From Methanomassiliicoccaceae archaeon (GTDB lineage: Archaea > Thermoplasmatota > Thermoplasmata > Methanomassiliicoccales > Methanomassiliicoccaceae), in contig JAXGZN010000001.1 in the NCBI GenBank assembly GCA_040776945.1, positions 96,001 to 160,000 of the forward strand: a stretch of DNA of 64,000 nt. The letters are read 5' to 3'. The position numbers and the translations under genes are program-made. The notes under the pieces are model-generated. The model ran no database searches, was not told the origin of the DNA, and saw only the letters and a program-made list of their open reading frames with translations. Shown here piece after piece: positions 50,552 to 60,033 of the stretch (within the stretch, counting starts at the first letter, position 1; each line of letters begins with the position of its first letter).

Positions 50552-50715
50552 TGACAACCCTCGATCCCTCCGATCTCATGGTCTGCCGCATCTCGGCTCT
50601 TGAGATCAGGGACTATGCTGGCAACGGCATGGGAATCATTAATCTTTTCTTCCGGCCGTCGTCCCGACAACGCGCCTGCCGCTCGATCTACCTCCGAAAA
50701 TCCTAGGGCATCCCA

Positions 50716-52419
50716 TCACGGGCTGGTGTCCTTGATCAGGGCCAGCTCACCTTCCCCCACCACCGGGCTCACCGGAATGCCCCTTATCGTGTCCACCAGT
50801 CCGAGTTCCCCTATTTTGAGCTCGGGAGCGGTGAGCAGGGTCTGATAGGACAGCGTGACGAAGGGGGCGGGAAGCGGACAGCCCATGGACCGCAGGAACT
50901 CGGTGATCTCGCGGGCTTTCCTGATCACCTCTTGCCAGGGGTCCGCGGACATCAGCCCTAGGACGGGCAGTTCCAGCCTGACGCTGTCCACTCCGTCGGT
51001 GGCGTAATAGCCGCCGCCCTGGGCGGCCACTGCGTTCATCGCCTGGGCGAGAAGGGTAGAGCTGGTGCCCACTCCGATGAGGTCGTGGGAATCGCACGAA
51101 ACCGATGAGGCGAACGCTCCCCTGTACAGTCCGAAGCCGTTGATGAAGGCCACCGCAGGTTCCGCCGGGCGATGTCGGCCGACCACCGCTATGAGCAGTA
51201 TGTCCCTAGATGGGTCTGCGTCAATGATGCCTTCATGCACACCCATCTCCGCAACCATAGATCCGCTTGATACTTTGTCCGGCATGGCTTGTATGATCCT
51301 CACCGACGCGGTCGGCCGGCGGGATGCGACCCTGAGTAACTGGGGGTCGATCGTAGAGTGGACCGTTTCCGGGGGAACGGCCGTTGGAGCGCAGGCGAAG
51401 AGCGCCGTGCCGTCCTTGGCCACCATCTGGCCATCGATCCAGGTCTCTAGTACATTGAAGGTCTTTAGATCGCTCACGACCGTAAGGTCCGCCGGTCCAT
51501 CGACCTCCACCGATCCGCCGTTAAGTCCATAATGTTCGGCCGGCCACAATGTCGCTGCCCGCACGGCATGGATGGGGTCCATGCCCTTTTCCACTGCCTT
51601 GCGCAGGAGCGAGTCCATATGGCCTTCGGGCATGTCATCGGCCCGCAGCCCGCCAGTTACCAGGATGTGCTTGTTCCTCAAAGCGAACGGGAGCAGGGCA
51701 TCCAGGTTCCCTCCCGCACTTCCTTCCCGGACCATTATCGTCATCCCTTTGCGGTGCTTCTCCTCGGCCTCCCGCGGGTCGGCACACTCATGCTCATTGG
51801 AAATCCCGGCCATGATATACCTATCAAGGTCATAACCTCGGAGGCCGGGAGCATGCCCGTCCACGCGCTTTCCCAACTGTGCTGCGACCTCGATCTTGGA
51901 CATGACTTCAGGGTCCTCGCCCAGCACCCCCTCTACGTTCACGATCTCTCCGAGCGAGACGAAGTCCTCGGTCGAGAGCATGTCCCTGACCTCCTTCCAC
52001 CCGATGACCCCCTCGTTCGTTCCGGCGCTCGACGGGGGGCCTGATGAGGGGACGCTCAAGTAGAATCGAAGCGGCGTGCTCTTCCCGTCCTTCAGAATGT
52101 ACTCCGCGCCCGCCCTGCCCGCTACGTTGGCGGCCTCGCGGGGGTCTGCCACCACCGCGGCGGTGCCGTGGGCCACCGCCAGCTCCGCGAACCGGCATGG
52201 CGTCAAGAGCGAGCGTTCGATGTGCACATGCGCGTCGATCAATCCAGGGAGTATGTATCTCATCGGAGCGGCTATCTTGCGCTCGATCCCCACGACCTTG
52301 CCCTCCCTGAAGTTCACGCAAGCGGGGAACACCTCTCCTCGGACCACGTCGACAAGTTGTCCGTCGACATGCCTCACGGTCATCGAGCCCAGCACACGGT
52401 CGTAAGCGTGGGAGGCCAT
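50716..52419 (-). CDS. Adenine deaminase homologue (probably catalytically impaired)
   Basis: PGLIDAHVHIE, DGHAP, HEC, REGS; the DPHE, TDD and AHD motifs are altered. Confidence 0.8.
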   Translation of the reverse strand: MASHAYDRVLGSMTVRHVDGQLVDVVRGEVFPACVNFREGKVVGIERKIAAPMRYILPGLIDAHVHIERSLLTPCRFAELAVAHGTAAVVADPREAANVAGRAGAEYILKDGKSTPLRFYLSVPSSGPPSSAGTNEGVIGWKEVRDMLSTEDFVSLGEIVNVEGVLGEDPEVMSKIEVAAQLGKRVDGHAPGLRGYDLDRYIMAGISNEHECADPREAEEKHRKGMTIMVREGSAGGNLDALLPFALRNKHILVTGGLRADDMPEGHMDSLLRKAVEKGMDPIHAVRAATLWPAEHYGLNGGSVEVDGPADLTVVSDLKTFNVLETWIDGQMVAKDGTALFACAPTAVPPETVHSTIDPQLLRVASRRPTASVRIIQAMPDKVSSGSMVAEMGVHEGIIDADPSRDILLIAVVGRHRPAEPAVAFINGFGLYRGAFASSVSCDSHDLIGVGTSSTLLAQAMNAVAAQGGGYYATDGVDSVRLELPVLGLMSADPWQEVIRKAREITEFLRSMGCPLPAPFVTLSYQTLLTAPELKIGELGLVDTIRGIPVSPVVGEGELALIKDTSP

Positions 52420-52473
52420 GGACCATACTAGAGAGGGGAACAAAGATATGCTTTTCTAAGAATATGGAACGTT

Positions 52474-52710
52474 ATGCCGTTCCCCCGCGACGTCCTCAAC
52501 CGCCTCCGCTGGACCGATGGCCTCGAAGGCGTGGTGATCACCTATCTCCATCGAGGGGCGCCGGGGGACCGGATGAGCATCAGGGGTGAGGACCTTTTAG
52601 AGCTGGAGAGGTCGTTCTTCGTCACCACCGACAGCAAGATACCGTACCACCGGATCAGGCTCATCGAAAGACGGGGAGAGGTGTTGTACAGGGATAGAGA
52701 AGAAAGATAA
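52474..52710 (+). CDS. DUF504 / MJ1316-like RNA repair-domain protein
   Basis: RDVLNRLRW, YLHRGAP, IPYHRI. Confidence 0.85.
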   Translation: MPFPRDVLNRLRWTDGLEGVVITYLHRGAPGDRMSIRGEDLLELERSFFVTTDSKIPYHRIRLIERRGEVLYRDREER

Positions 52711-52731
52711 GGAGTGGAAAGGGTTTCCTGC

Positions 52732-53343
52732 TTACCTGGGAGTGCCGCAGTTGGGGCAGTTCCTCATGAACGCGGGGTACTGCACGCCGCAGTTCTTGCA
52801 CTTGATCATCTCTGAGCGCTGCTGCTGAGGGGGCTCGGGGGCGGCGGCGACAGGCGGCGGGGGCGGTGCCTGGTACTGCTGCGGGGGGGCCTGGTGTTGG
52901 CCGGCGGGCGCCTGCTGGGGATACTGTTGGGGCTGTTGATAATATTGGGTAGGGTACTGCTGATACTGGGGCTGGAAGACCTCCTGCAGGCGCACGTATG
53001 CCAGTAGAAGGAATATCCCGGCTATGAACATGAATATCAGACCCAGGACCCCCCAGACCAGCAACTTATCGCTGGCCTCACGGAACTTGCCCTGGTCAAG
53101 AGGCTCGAAGACCGTCTTCCCCATCATATAGAACAGGAAGCCCAGGACCGCCATGGCTATCAGGAAATATATCCCCGAGGGCCACGCGAAAGTGATGAAG
53201 CTGACGATGGCCATGATCAGAGCTACCAGCGCCATTACGCCGGTTATCAGCTGCCCCCAGTACGCGAACTGGCGGGCGTCCCTGGCGGCGGCCGGAAGCC
53301 ATGCGGGCCCGGTGCCGCTTGCTAAGAATGGTATGTTGGGCAT
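52732..53343 (-). CDS. Membrane protein with Gln/Pro-rich linker and C-terminal zinc ribbon
   Basis: Three or four hydrophobic helices, QQY/P-rich tract, CKNC..CPNCG. Confidence 0.75.
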   Translation of the reverse strand: MPNIPFLASGTGPAWLPAAARDARQFAYWGQLITGVMALVALIMAIVSFITFAWPSGIYFLIAMAVLGFLFYMMGKTVFEPLDQGKFREASDKLLVWGVLGLIFMFIAGIFLLLAYVRLQEVFQPQYQQYPTQYYQQPQQYPQQAPAGQHQAPPQQYQAPPPPPVAAAPEPPQQQRSEMIKCKNCGVQYPAFMRNCPNCGTPR

Positions 53344-53562
53344 ATTTGGTATGTTTGACGACACGCTCTCCCTCCTTGACAATCTGGATAACTAATCTAT
53401 TAACGCTGAATGGTCCTCGCAAATAAATAATCTATCCATTCGATGACGCCTGGCAAAAAATTCCGCGGACCCATGGCCCGCCTGCGCCACCGTTCTTGTT
53501 ATCGATATATTTAATATACGGCAAGAATTACGAAAACAAGAAATAGAAAGGTTGAACGAGTT

Positions 53563-54363
53563 ATGAAGTATGATGAGTTCAAGGCCCTCTATGACCGGCT
53601 CAACACCCATGAGGATGTTAGGGCCCTGGCAGAAGAGACTGGCCTTGATGAGGAGCTTCTCAACGTTATTTACACCCAAAGGACGGTAAGAGAGGCGACC
53701 AAACGATATCATGTAGTTAAGAGGAACGCCCACCGGATGCTGAGGGAATGGAAGAGCGGGACCAGTCTCCTCGATATCTCCAAGAAATGGAACTTTCCTC
53801 CCGTGCTCACCGCCATGCTGATATTCCAGGAGAACGGGTTCTCCAAGAAGCAGTTCTGGAAGTACATTCGGGAACCGGAGACTATACCCAACCCCCGGAC
53901 CAAGCGTGAGATAATCGAGATCACCAAGGCAGACACCATATACTCACCGTGGGGCAACGAATTGCAGTATAAGCGAGGGACCTGGGGCGAAGAAAAGCTG
54001 CATGAGTGGCTAGACTCCCATAACATAACCTACCGGACAGAGAAGGACCTTCGCGGTAAGTTCACTAAAACACCTGACTGCCTCTTGGACGAGCCGCTGA
54101 AGGTCAACGGTTGGACCATCAACTGGATCGAGTCCAAGGCCTCGTTCGGTGATCGCACCGAGTTCAACAAGAACATCAAAGGACAGCTTGGTCAGTACGT
54201 GGACATGTTCGGCCATGGCCTTGTGGTGTACTGGTTCGGGCATGTTGACGAGGTGGACTGTCCGCCCGGCATCGAGATCATCGATGCGAACCTGTGCTCC
54301 ATGGACTGCGAGAAGACCACGGGAGAGGATTTCTGCCCGGAAGAGATAATCGACGACCCCTGA
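53563..54363 (+). CDS. C15orf41/CDIN1 (TPD-domain) family PD-(D/E)XK nuclease-like protein
   Basis: E..L..WL, TEKDLR, KTPDCLL, WIESKASFG, QY..FG.GLVVYWFG. Confidence 0.82.
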   Translation: MKYDEFKALYDRLNTHEDVRALAEETGLDEELLNVIYTQRTVREATKRYHVVKRNAHRMLREWKSGTSLLDISKKWNFPPVLTAMLIFQENGFSKKQFWKYIREPETIPNPRTKREIIEITKADTIYSPWGNELQYKRGTWGEEKLHEWLDSHNITYRTEKDLRGKFTKTPDCLLDEPLKVNGWTINWIESKASFGDRTEFNKNIKGQLGQYVDMFGHGLVVYWFGHVDEVDCPPGIEIIDANLCSMDCEKTTGEDFCPEEIIDDP

Positions 54364-54434
54364 ACAGGGTCTCGTTCTGATTTTTCAATAATCGGTCAGG
54401 CAACCTAAGATACATCGAGCCTTATCCCTGACCG

Positions 54435-55409
54435 ATGCGGGACATCTCCGCCGGAGACCTTGAAAAGTACTGCTACTGCCCCCTGAGCTGGAAGCTGAGC
54501 AGGGCGGGGGGCTTGGACGCCTCGATGGCCGAGGGGGCCGTCCGGCACCGACACATGGCCAAGGAGCTGGAGAACATCGTGAGGGGGGAGTGGCGGGCCT
54601 CGGTGTATGAGCGCGCGGTAATCGTCTCTTCCCTTCTGGCCACTGCCTTCGCTCTCGTGGGCCTTTTCCTTTTCACCTCCGCCGATCTGGCCTTGCAAAG
54701 CAGGGTACTAAGCGTTCTGGCCTTGCTATGGGTCCTCCTGGCGGTCCTTTCCATGTACGCCTCCGCTCGGGCACGGCCGCCCTGGGACAAAAAGAACGGT
54801 GACCTCATCGTCGGCACCTCGGCCATCCTGGCAATGATCATGGCCTTGAGCGCGGTGCCCATCTTTGGGATCAGCAACGATAGGGGGGTGATCGCCCAGG
54901 CAATCGCGCTGGTGCTGTTGATGGGGGCCTCCATGTCCTTGTACCTGTCGCAGGCCAACCAAGATGGCGCGGAGAGGGCCAGGAAACGCTCCAAGGTCCG
55001 AGGCAACATCACCTATATAGGCGAGAACGGGTCCGCTCCTGTCCTCCGGTCGGAGGCGCATGGTCTGACAGGCAGGCCTGATTATATCCTGGAGATCGAC
55101 GGAGGACTGGTCCCGGTCGAGGTGAAGACCGGCCGGGTACCTAGAGGACCGCTTTTCTCCCATATCGTACAGCTCGCCGCCTACTGCCTTCTTCTGGAGA
55201 GCGAGGGCGAGGTGACCCACGGCATACTGAGGTACGGGGACGTCGAGCACATCATCGCCTTCGATGAGAACCTCCGCTCTCTACTGCTGAAGAAACTCGA
55301 TGAGATGAGAACGGCAGAGGCCCTAGGAGAGGTGCATCGCGACCACGGCCGTCCCGGGAAGTGCCGCTCATGCTCCCGCCGGGACCACTGTCCGGAGAGG
55401 CTCGGTTAG
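54435..55409 (+). CDS. Cas4-like PD-(D/E)XK nuclease with four inserted transmembrane helices
   Basis: ISAGDLEKYCYCP; GRPD..PVEVKTG; QLAAY; CRSCSRRDHC; four hydrophobic segments between. Confidence 0.85.
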   Translation: MRDISAGDLEKYCYCPLSWKLSRAGGLDASMAEGAVRHRHMAKELENIVRGEWRASVYERAVIVSSLLATAFALVGLFLFTSADLALQSRVLSVLALLWVLLAVLSMYASARARPPWDKKNGDLIVGTSAILAMIMALSAVPIFGISNDRGVIAQAIALVLLMGASMSLYLSQANQDGAERARKRSKVRGNITYIGENGSAPVLRSEAHGLTGRPDYILEIDGGLVPVEVKTGRVPRGPLFSHIVQLAAYCLLLESEGEVTHGILRYGDVEHIIAFDENLRSLLLKKLDEMRTAEALGEVHRDHGRPGKCRSCSRRDHCPERLG

Positions 55410-57196
55410 TCCACGGTCACACTCTTCGCCAGGTTCCTGGGCTTGTCTATCGGGCAGCCTCTCTTCTTCGCCGTGTGGTAGGCGATCAGCTGCACCATTA
55501 CCGTCAGGGGGACGGGAGATAGGATCGGATTGACCCGTGGCAAGCTCACCGTGGAATCCGCTACCCTTGCCAGGTCACCGTCGCCCTCAATGCCGATCGC
55601 GAGTATGGGGCTGTCCCTCGCCGCCACCTCAGATATGTTGGCGAGCATCTTCTCATAGGTATGGTCATTGATGCATGCCGCCACCACCGGCGTTGATGCG
55701 TCCAAGAGCGCCAGGGGCCCATGCTTCAGTTCCCCGGCGGCGTAGCCCTCGGCGTGGATGTACGATATCTCCTTCAGCTTGAGAGCGCCCTCCAGCATCG
55801 TGGGATAGTTGACGTTGCGTCCCAGGAAGAACACATCCCGGGCGGGTACCAGCATTTCTGTTGCCGCCTCTACCTCGTGCGCCCGGTCCAGGACCTTGCC
55901 GATGTAGCGGGGCATGCCTCTCAGCTCTGATGTAAGCTCCCTGATCTCATCCCTACCCATGGTGCGTCGCAGCTGCCCGAGACGTATCCCCAGGAGGTAC
56001 ATGGCCATGAGCTGGGCGGTGTAGGTCTTAGTGGCCGCGACCCCGATCTCCGGGCCCGCTTTGGTGTAGAAAACCCGTTCGACCTCTCTCGATATCGTAC
56101 TGCCGACCACATTGGTCACCGCCAGGGTCGGACAGCCCCTCCGGCGGGCCTCCCGCGCCGCCGCCAGCGTATCCGCTGTCTCCCCGGACTGGGTGAGCAG
56201 CACGGTCAGTGGGCTTTCCCCGGTGCCGGGCGAGTATCGGTATTCCGACGCCAGCTCCACGGTCGTTGGGATCTTGGCCAGGGCCTCGATGATGTACTTC
56301 CCGACCATGGCGGCGTGATAGGACGTCCCGCATGCCACCAGCTTCACTGATGCGGGCTCCCGGTCGATCATCAGGGTTCCCGCCTCCAGGTCGTCAAGGC
56401 TCCCCAGGAGCGAGTTGTGGATGGCGGTTGGCTGCTCGAATATCTCCTTGAGCATGTAATGTTCAAAACCGCCCCGCTTGGCATCATCCACCGTCCAGGT
56501 CACCACGCACGGGTCGCGGTGGACCGGGCGGCCATCATGATCGAAGATATCGACGCGGTCTGACCGTAAGATGACGGTCTCCCCGTCCATCACATACACC
56601 GCCTTGTTGGTATAGTTCAGCATGGCGGTGACGTCCGAGGCCACGATGTTCTCCCCTACCCCAAGGCCGATCACCAGGGGATTTTCCTTGCGCGCCGCCA
56701 CGAGCTCCTTGCCGTCGGCGCGCAGGGCTACCATGGCATAGGTGCCCTTGACCTCCTTCAGGGTTTCCCTAAGCGCTGCATGGAGATCGCCGCGATAGTG
56801 CTTCTCCAGCAGGTGGACCAGCACCTCGGTGTCGGTCTCGGAGGTGAAGATGTGGCCCTCGCCGGTGAGCTCCTCCTTGAGCGCCATGTAGTTCTCGATT
56901 ATCCCATTGTGCACCACTGCGATCTTGCCGGTGCAGTCCAGGAAGGGATGGGCGTTCCGCTGGGATGGTTTTCCGCATGTCGCCCAGCGCGTGTGGCCCA
57001 CTCCGAGTTGGCCGGGAAGCCGGGGCATGTCGGCAGAGAACTTGGTGATCTCCCCTTTGTCCTTGTATATCTGGAGGCCGCTCCCTACAATGGCCACTCC
57101 TGCGGAATCGTAGCCCCTGTACTCAAGCCTCTTCAGACCATCGAGGAGCACCTCCTGCGCCTCTCGGGGACCTGCATAACCAATTATGCCGCACAT
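55406..57196 (-). CDS. glmS: Glutamine--fructose-6-phosphate aminotransferase
   Basis: MCGIIG, LEYRGYDSAG, GHTRWAT, KPRNLAKSVTV. Confidence 0.97.
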   Translation of the reverse strand: MCGIIGYAGPREAQEVLLDGLKRLEYRGYDSAGVAIVGSGLQIYKDKGEITKFSADMPRLPGQLGVGHTRWATCGKPSQRNAHPFLDCTGKIAVVHNGIIENYMALKEELTGEGHIFTSETDTEVLVHLLEKHYRGDLHAALRETLKEVKGTYAMVALRADGKELVAARKENPLVIGLGVGENIVASDVTAMLNYTNKAVYVMDGETVILRSDRVDIFDHDGRPVHRDPCVVTWTVDDAKRGGFEHYMLKEIFEQPTAIHNSLLGSLDDLEAGTLMIDREPASVKLVACGTSYHAAMVGKYIIEALAKIPTTVELASEYRYSPGTGESPLTVLLTQSGETADTLAAAREARRRGCPTLAVTNVVGSTISREVERVFYTKAGPEIGVAATKTYTAQLMAMYLLGIRLGQLRRTMGRDEIRELTSELRGMPRYIGKVLDRAHEVEAATEMLVPARDVFFLGRNVNYPTMLEGALKLKEISYIHAEGYAAGELKHGPLALLDASTPVVAACINDHTYEKMLANISEVAARDSPILAIGIEGDGDLARVADSTVSLPRVNPILSPVPLTVMVQLIAYHTAKKRGCPIDKPRNLAKSVTVD

Positions 57197-57197
57197 A

Positions 57198-58391
57198 TCA
57201 GACCACTACGCTATGATTCTGGAGATTACCGCTCACCCTCACGCCGTCCTCTATCTGACAGCCCGCTCCGACAACCCTGCCGGGAGATATGACCACCCTG
57301 GAGCCGATGATCGCGTCCTGGCCGATCAGCGCTCCAGTGTCTGAGAGCCTGAACACCTCCCGATCGACCACGGCTTGGCTTCTTCCAGTAGGGGCGGACA
57401 GTCCTGGCCCTACCTTCACTCCGTCATCCAGGACGGAGTGGGAGACATGAGAATGGGAACCTATCCGCACGCTGCTCATTATCAGGCAATTGTTGATGTA
57501 GGTGTAGGGTTCGATGATGACCCCGTTGCCTATGCTGGTGGACGACATTATCGTTACATTGGGGCCGATGTCACAGGCCTCGCCGATCGCCACCGGGCCC
57601 TCGATGTATGAGCCAGAGCGTATGCGGCTGCCCTTCCCGATCGATACCGGGCCCTTTATAGTGACTCCGTTCTCCACCGTGCCGTTGATCCCTTGGCCAT
57701 GGAACTCGAGCGCCGACGAGTTGATATTGGGCAGGTCCCAGGGATAGACAGCGTCTATCCACTTGCCCTTGGTCTTGACCGCCGTGAAATCGAGGCGGGA
57801 GATCACGGGCGCAAGGACCTGGGTTATCCCCAGTTCCATGTCGAACTTCTGCTCTAGGAACAGGTCCAGTATGCCGCTCTTGAAGTAATAGACGCCAGTG
57901 TTGATGATGTTGCCGACCCTGACCTCCGGCTTCTCGATGATGTTGTTTATCCTTCCGTCGATTATCTGAACCACGCCATACTTCGCCGGTATCTCGGACT
58001 CGGTCACCACCATCGAGGGGCCCTTTCTCTTGGCCAGCAGGTCTGCTACCAGCTGGGCGTCGATCAAGTTGTCCCCCGCCACGGTGAGAAAGTCCTCACC
58101 GGTGAGGTGTCTGGCCGCCAATGACAAGGCGTGGGCGGTCCCCAACTGCTTGTCCTGAGCTACGTACATTATGCGGGCGCCGAACCGCCTTCCGTCCTCG
58201 AAATGCGAGAGAATGGTGTCCTTGCGGTACCCGACCACCATGATGATGTCCTTAATGCCGTTCTGGACCAAGGCCTCGACGATATAGTCCAGGATCGGCC
58301 GGTTCCCCACCGGGATCATCCCTTTGGGCCTTGACATAGTGAAAGGACGCAGTCTGGTCCCTTCTCCAGCAGCCAGAATAACCGCTTTCAA
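57198..58391 (-). CDS. glmU: Bifunctional sugar-1-phosphate nucleotidyltransferase/acetyltransferase
   Basis: LAAGEGTRLRP, QLGTAHA, hexapeptide repeats; next to glmS. Confidence 0.88.
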   Translation of the reverse strand: MKAVILAAGEGTRLRPFTMSRPKGMIPVGNRPILDYIVEALVQNGIKDIIMVVGYRKDTILSHFEDGRRFGARIMYVAQDKQLGTAHALSLAARHLTGEDFLTVAGDNLIDAQLVADLLAKRKGPSMVVTESEIPAKYGVVQIIDGRINNIIEKPEVRVGNIINTGVYYFKSGILDLFLEQKFDMELGITQVLAPVISRLDFTAVKTKGKWIDAVYPWDLPNINSSALEFHGQGINGTVENGVTIKGPVSIGKGSRIRSGSYIEGPVAIGEACDIGPNVTIMSSTSIGNGVIIEPYTYINNCLIMSSVRIGSHSHVSHSVLDDGVKVGPGLSAPTGRSQAVVDREVFRLSDTGALIGQDAIIGSRVVISPGRVVGAGCQIEDGVRVSGNLQNHSVVV

Positions 58392-58557
58392 GCTTCTTCC
58401 TCTTCATGTCCATCCGGCTCTCTGCTCATAAATCTTTTTGGCCAAATGATGCTCCCGCTAAATCGTGGTGTTATCACTTATTATACTGTGCAACAAAGTT
58501 TTAAACTGCTCACAGAGGTTTTATTTCCACTCATTGGATAAATTGTGGGGCAGATAG

Positions 58558-60024
58558 ATGGAAAAGCCGCCTAAGTTGAGGATCCCTTCCGAGATATTCC
58601 AGTTCTTCACCAATCCCGGTGGTCATTCCCTTATCGTGCGCGGCACCGCAGGGGCGGGCAAGACCACCTTCGCCCTGCAGGCCATCGAAGAGCTTTCTCC
58701 GTACCAGTGGGGGTTCTATCATTCCACCCGAGTATCCGATGCCAGCCTGTTGGCTCAGTTCCCATGGCTTAAGGACAGGGGCGATCGCCTGCTTAGGGCC
58801 GGCAGCTTCTCCGACGAGAGCGGTGAGAACGGCAAGAGGACCGGCCTGAGCGATCTAAAAGGGGTCAAGAGCCCCCCGATGGAGATTGCCAAGGTCGGAG
58901 GCCTGGCCATATCCATAGGCAAGGACCTGGGAGAGCTGGAGGCCCTTTATCGATGCATAGAAGGCAATCTGCCCGAGAAGGGACTGGTGGTCATCGACTC
59001 CATCGATGCCCTGGCCGATAAGTTCAGCATCGGATGCTCCAAGCTCGTGAACACGATCCAGAGGGACATCGTTGAGGGCTACGGCTCAAACGTGATGTTC
59101 GTCGTGGAGACCCCCGGCTCGGACCTGGACTATCTTGGGGACGGGGTGGTGAACTTCACCTGCACCGAGCACCATCATCGCCGCTTGCGGGAACTGGAGA
59201 TAATCAAGCTCAGGGGATGCGAGATCCAGCAGCCCAAGTTCATCTTCAGTTTGGACGGGGGACGGGTCCAGGCGTTTGCGCACAACCGCAACCCGGTCCC
59301 TCAGTCGGACCGAGGCCCGTGGAGGCCGTTGGGCGACCTCGATGGTAGAATATCTTCAGGACTTAGGGATCTGGACCACACGCTCAGTGGAGGGCTGGAG
59401 GTCGGGTCCATCACCCTCATCGAAATGGGCCAGGGGGTGCCGGCAAACGTCACCAGCGAACTGGAGTCGGCGCTGGTCTGCAACTTCGTTTCACTGGGCC
59501 GAGGGGTCCTATGGGTCCCCATGAGGAAGGCCTCGGCTGAGAACGCTCGGACCAAGATCGTGCGGCGCGTCCCCGGGGAGGAGATCGATCGACTGGTAAG
59601 GATACCGGAGAAGGCAGAGCAAATGGCCTCGACCGTGAGCTGCGCCATTCCGGTCGAGGGCACCAGTGCTTTCTCTGACTTCAAGTGGCAGAACATCGAG
59701 TATTCGCTGGGATCCTCGATGAGGCCGATGCTGTCCCTGATGGGCCTAGACACCATGCGGTCCATGTATGGGAGCGATGTCAGCGATCAGTTGATGGACT
59801 TCCTGTCCATGGTGCGAAGGAACAATGGCATATTCGTGGCCTTGGCCCCCACGGGCAGCGGGCCAACGGACCGCTTGGCGGACCTCGCCACGGCCCACAT
59901 TAAGATCGAGAGGGTGGGCGGCACGGTCCTTCTCTATGGCGAGGAGCCGTTCACCGAATGTTACGCGTTCGATTTCGAAGAGAAGGAGGCTGGCGGAGAT
60001 GTATCCCTCACCCGCATACTCTGA
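58558..60024 (+). CDS. Two-domain KaiC/GvpD-like P-loop ATPase
   Basis: GTAGAGKTT, VVIDSID, IKLRG; second RecA-type domain degenerate. Confidence 0.8.
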   Translation: MEKPPKLRIPSEIFQFFTNPGGHSLIVRGTAGAGKTTFALQAIEELSPYQWGFYHSTRVSDASLLAQFPWLKDRGDRLLRAGSFSDESGENGKRTGLSDLKGVKSPPMEIAKVGGLAISIGKDLGELEALYRCIEGNLPEKGLVVIDSIDALADKFSIGCSKLVNTIQRDIVEGYGSNVMFVVETPGSDLDYLGDGVVNFTCTEHHHRRLRELEIIKLRGCEIQQPKFIFSLDGGRVQAFAHNRNPVPQSDRGPWRPLGDLDGRISSGLRDLDHTLSGGLEVGSITLIEMGQGVPANVTSELESALVCNFVSLGRGVLWVPMRKASAENARTKIVRRVPGEEIDRLVRIPEKAEQMASTVSCAIPVEGTSAFSDFKWQNIEYSLGSSMRPMLSLMGLDTMRSMYGSDVSDQLMDFLSMVRRNNGIFVALAPTGSGPTDRLADLATAHIKIERVGGTVLLYGEEPFTECYAFDFEEKEAGGDVSLTRIL

Positions 60025-60033
60025 GGTGTCCTA

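Noticed and set aside
52810-52975. Low-complexity CTG/GGC-rich tract
   Set aside because: Encodes the Gln/Pro-rich linker of the membrane zinc-ribbon protein.
54435-55409. Cas4 as evidence for a CRISPR-Cas locus
   Set aside because: No repeat-spacer array and no cas1, cas2 or effector genes in the window.
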